Source: the human T2T-CHM13v2.0 reference genome, Homo sapiens
Strand: one strand, 5' to 3'
NCBI RefSeq assembly: GCF_009914755.1
Contig: NC_060947.1
Length of the DNA: 64,000 bases
Below the pieces are notes generated by a model that did not search any database, was not told where the DNA came from, and saw only the letters and a list, made by a program, of their open reading frames with translations. Below, in pieces: positions 1 to 12,773 of this stretch. The position numbers and the translations under genes are program-made. Position 1 is the stretch's first letter. Each line of letters begins with the position of its first letter.

Positions 1-1712
1 GTCCCCAGAACCCATATCTCTTGACTGAGACTTCAGAATTATTTTTCTATTCCATGAATGAAATTCAGGGAGAGTTTGTGTGCTGGTGATAGAGTCTCTT
101 CCTTGATAAATGCACAAACACACAATTTTGCAGACAATTTCAGGAGGGACACAGACTACAACTTCCTCTCCTAGCCCCTCTCCCCTCTGTAAGCCCACCT
201 ATTCATCCCATGTTAATGTCTTCCTGCCTAGGCTACAAATAGTTCATAGTTTAGGGAATAGATGTGCTGTCTAGTGTGTGAGTTCCTTGTTATAGCCGCT
301 GGCCATTTGTCCTGATGGTGATACTGGGTTCCTTATCTATACCCGTGACTTTGCAAAGAATATCATCCAATCCAGGATAAACCACTTTCAGGAAATTAAA
401 GCCAAGGAGTGGAAGCTAAGTAGGGTGTCCATGGAACCTGGTTACAGATTAGATTTTCAGTTACAGTACTCACGTGCAAAGCTAGTGATCTGGCCCTGAA
501 ATGAGACACTGGGCCCATGCTGCAACTTCAGCGCTCTGCTTTTCACCCTCTAACCCCCATGAGAGTTTCTTCTGAATGCAGAATGTTGTTAGCAAGGGAG
601 ACTGGATACAGAAAAGAAAGTGAAGATACTATATCAGCCCTCTTCCCAGACCAAAAACTCTAGCCTGGCCTGCATTTGTGTTTGTACCCATCTGTCTTCT
701 ACTAGGAGAAGCATGATAATTATTCTTTTCATCAAGCTCCTTTCTTCTTCAAGGCCTAAAGCCTCAAGTACATTATTATCTTATTATCAAACTTGCCCAT
801 TATTATATATCCATGTTGATCTATTATGTTAGTTCCTTTTTACCCCCTTTACTACCACTCTCCTTTTGCCCAGTTCTTTCTGCTCTGTTGGATGGGATGG
901 TTCTTTTGAGTATTCCTAACTTTCAGACTGAGTGGAAGAAGATAGTAATGATTCTGTCATTACTGGGGTGTCTAGCCTCCATTCACAAACACTATATTGA
1001 TGTTCTTGGGATGCAGCTTTTCCACTGACACACCTTGTACCCATGTGTGCTGCTGGAAAAACCTTGTTGTCACCAATGCAGATAGGCTTGAAAATCTCAC
1101 TCTTTGCTAATTGGCACATCGAAATGTGCTAGTTGACCTAGAAAAGTTATTTCTGTGACTGGCAAATTGGGCTATTTTAAAAAGTTATAGTTTGGATTTT
1201 GGACCTGAACTGAGGACAGAATGTCCCTTTATTATCCTGAGGGTTCTTAAAGCGTACAAAGCTTGGTTTCAAAAGAGGTATTAATTTTCTAAAGAATTGA
1301 GTGAGGCACAATAGTGCCTCAACCTTCTGCAAAGGCCAGTATGTTTCTGATCAGATGAATGCATTGTGTCTGAGGATGTGGGGGGTATTGAGATGAGTTT
1401 GGGATTCCTGGTCCAAACCAAATTCTAGGGACTATCCTAGAATATGTCAACTTAGTAGCTTTATTTTAAGACTAAGCTTTGAGGGTCTTAAATCCTTGAT
1501 GAATCCAGCCTAGATCACACCAGTCAAACCACAGATTTTTATTGAGCACTTTCCTGTGTTAAGTATCATGCCATGTGCTGCAGAAGATACAAAAACAACC
1601 AGTGTACATTCCTGGTCCTCAAAGAACTTGCAGTTTAGTTAGAAAGATAAAGTATAAATGCCTGAAAAGTTATGGCAATATTAAAGTTGAAAACATGAAA
1701 AAGGAAAAATCA

Positions 1713-2012
<300 letters not shown>

Positions 2013-2074
2013 AAACTTACAAGGCATTCAGGCTTGACTGCTAAATTGCAGTTGCTCTATGTTTCAAGAAATGG

Positions 2075-2270
2075 GAAAAAGATTAATATTAGCATTCACT
2101 GAGCCCATACTATTTTCCAGGTAATTTACACATATATTATTCAATTCTCATAAGAAACCCATTTTACATATGAGGAAACTGAGGTTCAGATCAGATTAAA
2201 CGACTTGCTCAGAGTTACATCATTTGTAAGTGCTAAAGCTAAACCTGTGCACTTTGTACCTTAATACACA
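2075..2270 (-). mobile_element. MIR SINE
   Basis: MIR core cccattttacatatgaggaaactgaggttcaga. Confidence 0.7.
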
Positions 2271-2656
2271 GCCTCCTGGAGTAAGTGGTCTGGAAAGGCT
2301 TCATGAAGAAATAAAGCCTGAGCCAAGCCTTGAGGGATGGTTAGAATGTGCATGCAAATTGCATAGGAAGGAGGCTGTTCAAGCTAAGGGAACACATGGA
2401 CATGGAGGCAGAAAATAGTCAACTAAGTATTGAGATTCTGAAGAGCAGGGTGGGAGTCAGGGATTCCAGTTGTACACAGAGACATTACCACTTATTTGCA
2501 AATCACAAGAAGACACTGTTTCTGTCATGTCTCTTAACCCTTACAGTATTTAGATTTTGTGTACATTTCCTATCTTTTCAACCTCCACAAATAAGAATTT
2601 CTTATGTGTGGATGGGACTTTGGAATCAGAATAGCTCTTTTACACATATCTCACCC

Positions 2657-2727
2657 TAGTGTAGTTGTTAAGGGGATTGGCTCAGGGATCAGATTCTCTA
2701 GGTTCATGTTCTGGCTGGGCCACTCCC

Positions 2728-2766
<39 letters not shown>

Positions 2767-3000
2767 CGTGTGTGTGTGTGTGGTGTGTGTGTGTGTGTGT
2801 GTGTGTGAAGGGGGGCAGGGGTGGGAGACAGAGAAAACACAAGGAGAACAAACTTGTGCAAGTTACTTATCCTCTGTGGACCTCAGTTCTCTCATCTATA
2901 AAATGGGGGTGATAATAGTGCCTATTTCATAAAGCTATTGTGAGGATTAAGTTAGTTGATGTGTGTAAAGCAAATAGCATTGCACTGTTAGCCATTATTA
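2657..3000 (+). mobile_element. MIR SINE interrupted by a TG microsatellite
   Basis: MIR 5' part before 2729; core cctcagttctctcatctataaaatggg after 2850. Confidence 0.7.
2729..2807. repeat. Compound (TG)n/(CG)n microsatellite
   Basis: Alternating purine-pyrimidine tract with gcgcgc and tggtg interruptions. Confidence 0.97.
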
Positions 3001-3322
3001 GTCTTTGATCCTCACCAAAACCCTGTGAAGTGTGTATTAGCATGTCCATTTTACAGACAGAGCCTTAGAAAGTTTAAGTAACTTGTACAGGGGGGCACAC
3101 AGGAAGTGACAGAACTAGCATGAAAACTTTGGTCTTTCTGATACCAAAGGTCATCATACCAAAGGAAGGTTTGGTCTTCTTCTCTCCTAGTTATTTAGAT
3201 TGATTTTTAAGTATTCAGCCATATGACCGCCTTTTGGCAAATTTTATACAGTATCGATTAGCAATTTGGGGGCTTAATTTTACTTTTAGGATTTTTTTGT
3301 TACAGAAATAGTAGATGCTCAT

Positions 3323-3530
3323 GACTACAGTAGCAATAATATATTGTATATTTCAAAGTAGCTAGAAGAGAGGACTTGAAATGTTTCTAACACATAGAAA
3401 TGATAAATACTCAAGGGCATGGATACCCCAAATACCCTGACTTGATCATTGCACATTCTATGCATGCAAAAAATACTCATGTGCACTCCATAAATCTGTA
3501 AAATATTATGTATCAATAAAAGGAAAAAGA
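3323..3530 (+). mobile_element. L1MA-type LINE 3' end fragment
   Basis: gctagaagagaggacttgaaatgtt...atgtatcaataaaa is typical of an L1MA 3'UTR. Confidence 0.8.
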
Positions 3531-3830
3531 TTTTTTTAAAAATGAGATATGTGAAATATAGTGAATTATTTCAGATAAGTTCTAGGAAGAAAAATAATAC
3601 ATGGTCATTGAAAAGTAACTCAGAGGACTATAAAGAAAAAGCTAATCATTTTACCAGCTTTTAGTCCTGTTGCCTCAAGGGTAAATTGTGTTAAAAGTAT
3701 CTTTTTACACTTATCCTTTGCTTGTACATGGAGATTAAAGATTTTCATATTTCTAGGATTGTTGGTTTATTTGGGTTCCAGCTTCTTACACACTTGGAAT
3801 TCTACAAATACCACTCCAGTATATTTCTTT

Positions 3831-4140
<310 letters not shown>

Positions 4141-5217
4141 TAAACACTAGATAATCAGTAATCTCTTCAGGCATGGACATAACTCTTTTCATCCATAGTT
4201 TGGTTGGACTATATATTCATATATTCCTTCTATTCTCTGTGGGTAAGGACAGTGTCGTTTTTCTTTCAAGTGAGCAGTTTAATAGGATAAAAATATTGCG
4301 GACCACTGACCTACTTCAAACCCCTCATGTTACACAAAAAATAGACACAGAGAGATTTGTTCCAGGGTCCACTGTTAGATAATGGTAAGCTGAAGTACAG
4401 ACTTAGAATTCCCGTTTGTTTACTTCAAATCCAGGACTCTTTTCTGCTTTGCCATTCTCATTATTCCCGAGTTCTGAAGACCATAGTTTCCACAGAGTGC
4501 ATGTGCAAGTGGATTATCGCTGGACACCAAATTCCAAATGTTCAAGTACACATCATTTCAGTACACACACATGTGGCTAGTGTCCTTTCCAACCTTTGCC
4601 AAAGTACCACCTCACTTTATGAGGCAAAATGTGTAATGGAGTCAAAGTCCGAAGAACCAAGCAGTAGATTGTAGAGCATGGATAGAGATCAATAATAAAT
4701 ACTTCAAAGTTCAAAAATGGCGACATTTGATTCATTGTGAATTGACTTGTAGAAAGCCCCATTGGAGCTGAGGACAAGTGTCTTTTGTTTTGTGGCTGCC
4801 CCTACATAGCCTTGTACTTAGCACCTGGTAGATATCTATAGATAGAATAAATGAATTCATCAGCCAACCTGAACCTCTATGTTGCTTAGGGAAATTCTGG
4901 GGATCCCTCTCACATATGTCCTGGGATCTTGGGTGCAAAGACAGAGGGGTGATAGATAATATTTTTTTCCAGGAGAATTTTTTTTTCAACCACCTAAAAT
5001 AATGCCATTTTCTTGATTACAACAAAAGACATATTTACTGTTGAAAATTTGTGAAATATAGAAAAGTATAAATTTTAAAAAAATCATCACCAATGCAAAG
5101 GTGATTATTTTTCTGGACACTGAAAAAAAAGGTGGCGGCTTTGTGCCTTTTGTCTTTATACATTTATGTATCATTTCTTTACAGAAGTGATATATGTTCA
5201 AAACAGAAAAAAATGGA

Positions 5218-5345
5218 GGCCAGGTGCAGTGGCTCCCACCTGTAATCCCAGCACTTTGGGAGGGCAAGGCAGGAGGATCACTTAAGCACAGGAGTTTGAC
5301 ACAAGCCTGGGCAACATAGCGAGACCCCATTTCTTAAAGAAAGTA
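5218..5345 (+). mobile_element. Free left Alu monomer (FLAM)
   Basis: Single left monomer ending gagaccccatttct plus a purine tail. Confidence 0.85.
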
Positions 5346-5469
5346 AGGAAGGGAGGGGAGGGGAGGGAAAAATAGAATAAAACAAATCATTGAGCAGTAA
5401 CAACTATTAACATTGTTTGTTACATATTCTGGAAGTCTTTTTGTCTCTTTATAGATGTTAAGAGTTTAT

Positions 5470-5690
5470 AGTGTAGTGGTCAAAAGTACCAATCCTTGAA
5501 CCAGCTGGTCCATGGTTTTATGGCTGGCTCTTCTACCTGCAGCTGTGTGACCTTGGGTAAGATACCTAACCTTGCTGACCTAATTTTCTTATCTGTAAAA
5601 TGGTGCTTGGTTGAACGGAGATGATGTGTGGTAAGCACTTAGCCCAGGGCCTGGCGCATAGGAGATAACCAATAAATGTCAGATGCTGTT
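5470..5690 (+). mobile_element. MIR SINE
   Basis: gctgtgtgaccttgggtaag...atctgtaaaatgg core. Confidence 0.75.
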
Positions 5691-6293
5691 GTTTTTACTA
5701 CTATTACTACTATTATCCTAAACACTGAGGAGGTGCATGCCCTTGTTGATGTTAGTCTTTAGAGCTTTGACCCCAACTCCCTGAGCTTTTCAGTGGCGGT
5801 AATGTGAAGGGGGCTTTGTTTCTGCATTAGCCTTGCTGAGTGAGATTAAAATTCCCAGGCAGGCTTTCCTATCCACATTGACCAACACTGCCTTTGTTTT
5901 TCACATTTGTTTCAGTGACAGCCTGTTTGATTAGGGAACTGGCCAATCTGCTTTTCTCCCTCCTGACAGGTGAATTGGGCCCACTCCTTTTTGGGTTTTC
6001 AAATAAAATGTCCAGACCTTTTAGGTTTGTCAGTAGGCCCAAGCCCTTCAGCCCATTTAGGGAGTGGCAGCAGTGAGTGCCAGGCAGCAGCCTGTTTGCC
6101 TCCAGAGCTTACTAGTTTGCCTTGGCCCTTGTTTGCCTTGGCCCTGTCTTCCTAAAATCACATTAGAAGGAACAGCGTCTGGCAGTCTTACCCAATGTCT
6201 TCTGTCTCCACCTTGAGCCACTACTTCAAGCAGTGTTTCTTTATGCAATAGAAGCCTTATCTAGTGAGTGCTTCCACTCCTTAGTCTGTGGAT

Positions 6294-6815
6294 CAGTGGT
6301 TCTCAACGCTGGCTGCACAATTAGTATCCCCAGAGCCACTTTCAATACACACTCATTTAAAAATTTTACATCATTTTATTTTTGGCACCTAATAATTGCA
6401 CATATTTTGGAGGTACATTGTGATATTTAGATACAGACAGTGTGCGAAGATCAAATCAATCTTGTTAGCATATCTGTCACCTCAAGCATTTATCATTTCT
6501 TTGTGTTGGGAACATTCAAATCCTCTCTTCTAGCTATTGGAAAATATACAATACATTATTGTTAACTATAGCCACCCTACATGGCTATAGGACATTATAA
6601 CTTATTCCTTCGATCTAGCTATAATTTTGTATCTGTTAACCAACCTCCCTATCTCCACCCTCCCCAGCCTCTAGTAACCACCATTCTACTTTCCCTTTCT
6701 ATGACATTAACTTTGTTAGCTCCCACATATAAGTGAGAACATGTGGTAGTTATCTTTCTGCACATACTCATTTTTTAAAAGCACTCCAGGCAATTCCAAT
6801 GTGTGCAACCAGGGC
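6294..6815. mobile_element. MER5-family hAT element split by an L1MA fragment
   Basis: cagtggttctcaac terminus at 6294; element resumes ~6761; (ca/ta)ctcattt is repeated on both sides of the L1. Confidence 0.6.
6358..6760 (-). mobile_element. L1MA-type LINE 3' fragment
   Basis: Reverse complement of the L1MA 3' end; homologous to 3323-3530. Confidence 0.8.
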
Positions 6816-7803
6816 AGCTCTGCTGTACACCTTGTTCTAGTTCTGCCCTGCCACTGGCTGGGGCTTGGGGCTTTGAAGGATTTAATTTCACCATATTAAG
6901 TATCAGTTTCCACATTTTTCAAATGGGATTTGTAAAATTTACCCTCTCTACCTTTCAGACAAGTTATAAAGAAAAGATACCAAAAGATAACAATGAAAAG
7001 ATAACAAAGAGCTTTGGAAAGTTAAAAGCACTACACAAATGAGCACTTGCCTTGTTCTCTCTTTGACTTCAGTCACAATTTTTTGTAAAGGGGGTTTAAT
7101 TGACATATAATTTACAAATGAAAAGTTTATCCTTTTCAAATATACAATTCAGTGGTTTTTAATATATTCACAGAGTTGTTCAATTAGCACCACAGTCTAA
7201 TTTTAGAACACTTTCATCACCCCGAAAAGAAATTGCATAAACATTAGCATCATCCCCATTCCTTCTTTCCTTGTTCTGGACCCAGGAAACCACTAATCTA
7301 CTTTCTGTCTGTATGGATTTGCCTATTCTGGACATTTCATGTAAATGTAACCATATAATATGGCATTTTGTGACTGACTTCTTTCACTCAGCAGAATGTT
7401 TTCAGGGTTCATCCATGTTGTTGCATGTATCAGTACTTCATTCCTTTTTACGGCTGAATAATATTCCTTTGTATTATATATCACATTTTGTTTAGCCATT
7501 TGTCGGTTAGTGTACATTTGGGTTGGTTCTACCTTTTGGCTATTGTTAATATGCTGCTATGAACATTTGTATAAAGCTATCTGTTTGTCTGCTTTGGAGT
7601 ATGTACCTAGAAGTAGAATTGCTGGGTCAAATGATAACTCAGTGTTTAAACTTTAGAGTAACTGCCAGACTATTTTCCAAAGTGGCTATACCATTTTATA
7701 TGTCCACCAGCAATGTATGAGCATTCCAAGTTCTCAACATCCTCACTACCACTTGTTATTGTGTCTTTTTTATTATAGCCATTCTAGAGGGTGTGATGTC
7801 GTA

Positions 7804-8570
7804 GAGGTTGAGTATCCGTTATCCAAAATGCTTAGAACTCGAAGTGTTTCAGATTTTGGAATGCTGCACTTTGTACTTACCAGTTGAGCATCCCTAGTCT
7901 GAAAATCTGAAGTGCTTGAATGAGCATTCTTTTGAGCATCTCTTTAATACTCAAATTTGACCCAGCCATCCCGTTACTGGGTATATACCCAAAGGACTCT
8001 AAATCATGCTGCTATAAAGACACATGCACATGTATGTTTATTGCGGCACTATTCACAATAGCAAAGACTTGGAACCAACCCAAATGTCCAACAATGATAG
8101 ACTGGATTAAGAAAATGTGGCACATATACACCATGGAATACTATGCAGCCATAAAAAATGATGAGTTCATGTCCTTTGTAGGGACATGGATGAAGCTGGA
8201 AATCATCATTCTCAGTAAACTATCGCAAGAACAAAAAACCAAACACCGCATATTCTCACTCATAGGTGGGAATTGAACAATGAGAACACATGGACACAGG
8301 AAGGGGAACATCACACTCTGGGGACTGTTGTGGGGTTGGGGGAGGGGGGAGGGATAGCTTTAGGAGATATACCTAATGCTAAATGACGAGTTAATGGGTG
8401 CAGCACACCAGCATGGCACATGTATACATATGTAACCTGCACATTGTGCACATGTACCCTAAAACTTAAAGTATAATAATAATAAAATAAAATAAAATAA
8501 AAAAATAAAATATCTGATAAAAAAAGTTTCATATTCAGGAACATTTCAGATTTCGGATTTTTGAATGCTA
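7804..8570. mobile_element. Tigger4/MER46-type DNA transposon, split by a young L1
   Basis: TA + gaggttgagtatccgttatccaaaatgct terminus; continues after the L1 with aaaagtttcatattcaggaacatttcagatttcggattt. Confidence 0.7.
7955..8510 (+). mobile_element. 5'-truncated young L1PA (L1PA3-like): ORF2 C-terminus, 3'UTR and A-tail
   Basis: Intact frame FDPAIPLLGIYPKD...KHRIFSLIGGN*. The 3'UTR aatgctaaatgacgagttaatggg lacks the L1HS-Ta ACA. Patterned A-tail. Confidence 0.92.
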
Positions 8571-9601
8571 TTTCTCTGATAACTAATGATGTTGAACACT
8601 TTTTCATGTACTTACTAGCTATTTGTATGTCTTTTTGGAGAAATATCTTTTCAGATCCTTTCCCAAATTTTAATTGGGTTGTTTTCATTGTTCAGTTATA
8701 ATTGTTCTTTCTGGATATTAAACCCTTATCTGATATATAATTTGAAGCATTTTCTCCCATTCTGTGGGTTGTCATTGCATTTGCTTGATTGTATCCTTTG
8801 AGGCACAAAATATTTTAATTTTGATAAAGTCTAATTTCTCTATTTTTGATTTGGCTGCTTGTGCTTTTGGTATCACATCTAAGAAACTGTTGTCTAGTCC
8901 AAGATCATGAAGATATATGACTGTTTTCTTCTAAGAGTTTCATAGTGTTGGCTCTTACATTTAGGTCTATGATCCATTTTGAGTTAATCTTTATGTGTAG
9001 TGTGAGGAAGGGGTCCAAATTCATTTTTTTCATGTGGATATCCAGTTGTCCCAGCACCATTTGTTGAAAAGACTCTTCTATCCATCCCCATTGAAATATC
9101 TTGGTATCCTTTCTAAAAATCAATGAAAAATAAATGTGAAGGTTTATTTTTAGACCCTCAGTTCTATCTCATTTCTCTATATGTCTATCCATATGCCAGC
9201 ACCACACTGTCTTGATTGCTGTAGCTTTGTAGAAAGCTTTGAAACTGAGTGTGCATTGTAACAAGATCTTCTGGGGATTAGTGTGTGTGTGTGTGAATGT
9301 TGAAAAGGGCTGGAAAGCAAAGTTGAAAGAAAGCAAAATGAGCAATATAGTGTTCAGATGATAAGGCCCAGGGGGATTGACTAGCCTGAGGCCACATAGC
9401 CAGTGATTGGCAGATCTTGGTTCAGCACTCAGGTCTTCTGACTTCCACATCAGTGCTCTTTCCACCTCCCCTGTTGCATAAGTACTGAATGAGATGCCTT
9501 TGGTTAATGGACACTCTGAGCAAGAGACTTCAGGGTTATTTAAGCAACTGAACTTTGCTCAATCGCCTCATCTGTACAACAGAAATATTACCTCTATCAC
9601 T

Positions 9602-10025
9602 GGCTGGGCCTGGTGGCTCACGCCTATAACTGCAACACTTTGGGAGGCTCAGGAGGAAGGATCACTTGAGCCGAAGTGTTGAGACCAGCCTGGGCAACAA
9701 AGTGAGACCCTGTCTGTACAAAAAATAAAATAATTAGCCAGCCATGGTGGCATGTGCCTGTAGTCCCAGCTAGTCAGAAGGCCGATGTGGGAGGGTCACT
9801 TGAGCCCAGGAATTTGAGACCAGACTGGCCAACATAGTGAGACCGGTCTCTACCAAAATTTTTTTTAAAAAATTAGCCAGGCGTGGCGGTATGTGTCTGT
9901 AGTCTCACCTACTTGGGAGGCTGAGGCAGGAGGATCACTTGAGCCTAACAGTTCAAGGTTACCATGAGCCATGATCATGCCATACACTCCAGCGTGGGTG
10001 ACAGAGTGAGAACCTGTAATAACAA
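9602..10025 (+). mobile_element. Trimeric AluJ-type element
   Basis: Three monomer units separated by two A-rich linkers (~9720-9735 and ~9853-9873). Confidence 0.85.
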
Positions 10026-10027
10026 AT

Positions 10028-10180
10028 GGAAGGAAGGAAGGAAGGAAGGAAGGAAGGAAGGAAGGAAGGAAGGAAGGAAGGAAGGAAGGCAGGCAGGAAG
10101 GCAGGCAGGCAGGCAGGCAGGCAGGAAGGCAGGAAGGCAGGCTGGCTGGACGGAAAGAGGGAAGCAGGGAGGGAGGGAGA
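10028..10180. repeat. (GGAA)15 followed by a GGCA/GGAA/GGGA compound microsatellite
   Basis: 15 uninterrupted GGAA at 10028-10087, then mixed units. Confidence 0.97.
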
Positions 10181-12722
10181 AAGGTACATCATAGTTATTA
10201 TGAGGATTCAATGAAATAATCCTTTGTTGGGTGCCAACTGGCAAGATGAATTCAGTTTTCCATTGCATAAAAAGAATCGGGGGGTAGGCAGAGCTCCTCC
10301 TGAGGCCCATCTCTTACCTCAACAGGTGGCCTGCCAACCTCCCCTTAGGTCCCACACGCCTAGGACCTTGAGTGGAGTGAACTGAGACTTTAGGGCAAAC
10401 TGAGGGTTTCTTTAGAAAGTCCAAGGAAAGAGTGATCACTTCTGGGTCCCGGTACTGCATGGGTGCCAGTTGAGGAAGCTTTGGTGGTAGGATCAGGCCA
10501 GAGGAGCTAACGCAGGAAAGGAGTTTGGGGTGGAAAAACTTCGTAAGCTAGGAGGTCCTATGATGTAGTGGATAAGAACAGGAGTGTATGTATATAATTT
10601 TATATTGTAGAAAATTGAAAGCATACACAAAAGTAGAAAAAATGTTCCCTAATGCATCTGTCACCCAGTTTCAATGATTGTCACCACATAGCCCATCTTT
10701 TTCTTTTTAACAATACACCTCACTCCACCACAAATCCATTCCACCCCCAACACAAACACCTATCCCTGGATTATTTGGAAGAAAATCTCATGTAATTTTA
10801 ACTGTAAGTATTTCATTATGCATGTCTGAAATGTAAGGACACAGTAAAAAATAAACATTACAATACCATTATCATACCTATAATAACTAGCAATAATTCC
10901 TTAAAATCATCAAAGATACCTAGTCAGCAGAGCCCAGGCTTTTAATCTAGCCAAATCACTGTTCCAGTCTTCCTTCTACAGCATCAATAGCCTGTCTCAG
11001 AGCCTGTTTTACATTGTAAAATGAGGACGGTCATAACAATTCCTGAATCTTTAATAAGGTAATGCATGTAAAGTGCTTACCACAATGCCTGATACAAAGT
11101 AGTAAATGCTCAATAAAGGTTAGCTAAGATTATTTATTAATAATAATAGGAAATATTTGAGTTGCTATTAAGGTGCTTTTGAGAATGGCTTTGACTTAGA
11201 ATCAAGAGGCAGATTTGGAGCCCAGCGAAATGATTGTTGCGGGGAGGAATAACGACAAAAACAAAACAAAAAAACTTTCAAAGTGGCTGAAAAGAGAGCA
11301 CCGGTATGAACTGGGAAGTGGAGCTGCAGATGATGGCGTCCTGGTAATTTTCCTCCACTGTATGTAGTTTTTTCCCCCTGCAGTTCCCCTGGAGGAGAGA
11401 GGAGAACTGGCTCGGGTGGGGGTTGCAAATACTAGAAAGTATTCTGGGCAAGAAGGGGCACTGCAATCAAAGGGCTGGGGGCCCCCAGAGTCCTGGCTCA
11501 GGAGATGAAGTCTCAGGTTCCCTGGGCTCATGGGCCTAAAGCCCCACCTTGTGGGGAATGGTCTGAGTGACTCTGTTTCTGTGCACGGAGTTTGGAGGCA
11601 TGAGGCAGGCTCACTACATCGTGTTAGAAACATTCCCATTGTTCAGGAATGGTCTTGCTCTCTGCTGCCAGTTCCAGGCATCAGCTGAAAGCTTTTTAAT
11701 AAAAATGGAACTCAAAGGAGACGTGATAAGGTACCTGATTTTAACCTGAAGTGAGAGAACACCAGATGTTTCATTCTGTCTGAGGGTTTGAGAGGCAAAG
11801 CAATTAGCAGCTGCTACTGATTTAGCAACAGACACCTGCTAAATGAAAATCTGTAAAACCGGCCAGGCTTGGCAGCAGAAGCGCATACACTGCTTCTCAG
11901 GCATTTCTGGGAATTGTAAATTATGTTGGCTCAAATGGCAGGGCGGGGGGCTTCCAGTGAAGCTGAACATGCTCATCTAGACCAGGAGTGTGTTTTTCTA
12001 AGATGGCAATAACTTAGAAATGGCTATTTGGTTGGTGGATGGAGAGGACGAGATGAGAACGAATCTTCCAGAAGCTGCCTGGTTCGTCTCTGCTGCTGGC
12101 CCAGCTCACAGGTGCCCTCTGGGAGTCATCCTATAGCTGCCCTCTGGGGACAGATAGGGCTGACAGAAGGACGAGGGAATCCTGCCACCCCTCTCCTCCT
12201 GATCCAGAGCACATCTCTCCCTGCCACCAAAGGCAGTAAGTCTCAAAGCAGGAGGAACACCCACCTCTGGACTCACAGCATCTCCTGCTCTGGGACAGTT
12301 ACAGACTGTTGGCTTTAGCAGTGATTTGGAGAGTTTGTGCTTGCTTTGGCTGGGAAAGAGACTTATCCATAGCCTACTGCCTTTCAGGATTCTTTTCTAA
12401 GGGGATATCAATGCCTGCTCTCCACGTCTATTTTCTCGAGGCCCACAGTGGAGCACAAACAATGGAAACATAGGAATCCATGCAGAGGGCTTTAGCGATC
12501 TCCTGGGACACTGCTTCTGTCCTGTCTTTTAGCCCTTATAGTTTATAGTTTAGATTTTACATGTGTTTCCTATCTTTTCAACCTTTTCTAATAAGAATTC
12601 CTTACATGTGGATGGGACTTGGCAACCAGCAAATCTCACCTTAGTGTAGTTGTTGAGGATGGGTTCAGGGATTTTCTAGAAAATAAATCTATTTTCTAGG
12701 TTTATTTCCTGGCTGGGCCACT

Positions 12723-12724
<2 letters not shown>

Positions 12725-12772
<48 letters not shown>
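12725..12772. repeat. (TG)24 microsatellite
   Basis: Perfect dinucleotide tract. Confidence 0.97.

Positions 12773-12773
<1 letters not shown>

Larger units (their letters stand above)
7078..9250 (-). mobile_element. Old L1M (L1MB-like) 3' portion, interrupted at 7804-8570
   Basis: Minus-strand ORF2 remnants [43 protein letters not shown] and YKATAIKTVWCWH. Confidence 0.85.

Noticed and set aside
7920-8276. 118-aa ORF as a gene
   Set aside because: It is the L1 ORF2p C-terminus of a 5'-truncated insertion; the start codon lies in flanking Tigger sequence.
9959-10310. Low-complexity ORFs (EGRK/LPSF repeats; also CVCV/THTH ORFs at 2604-2932)
   Set aside because: They are translations of microsatellites.
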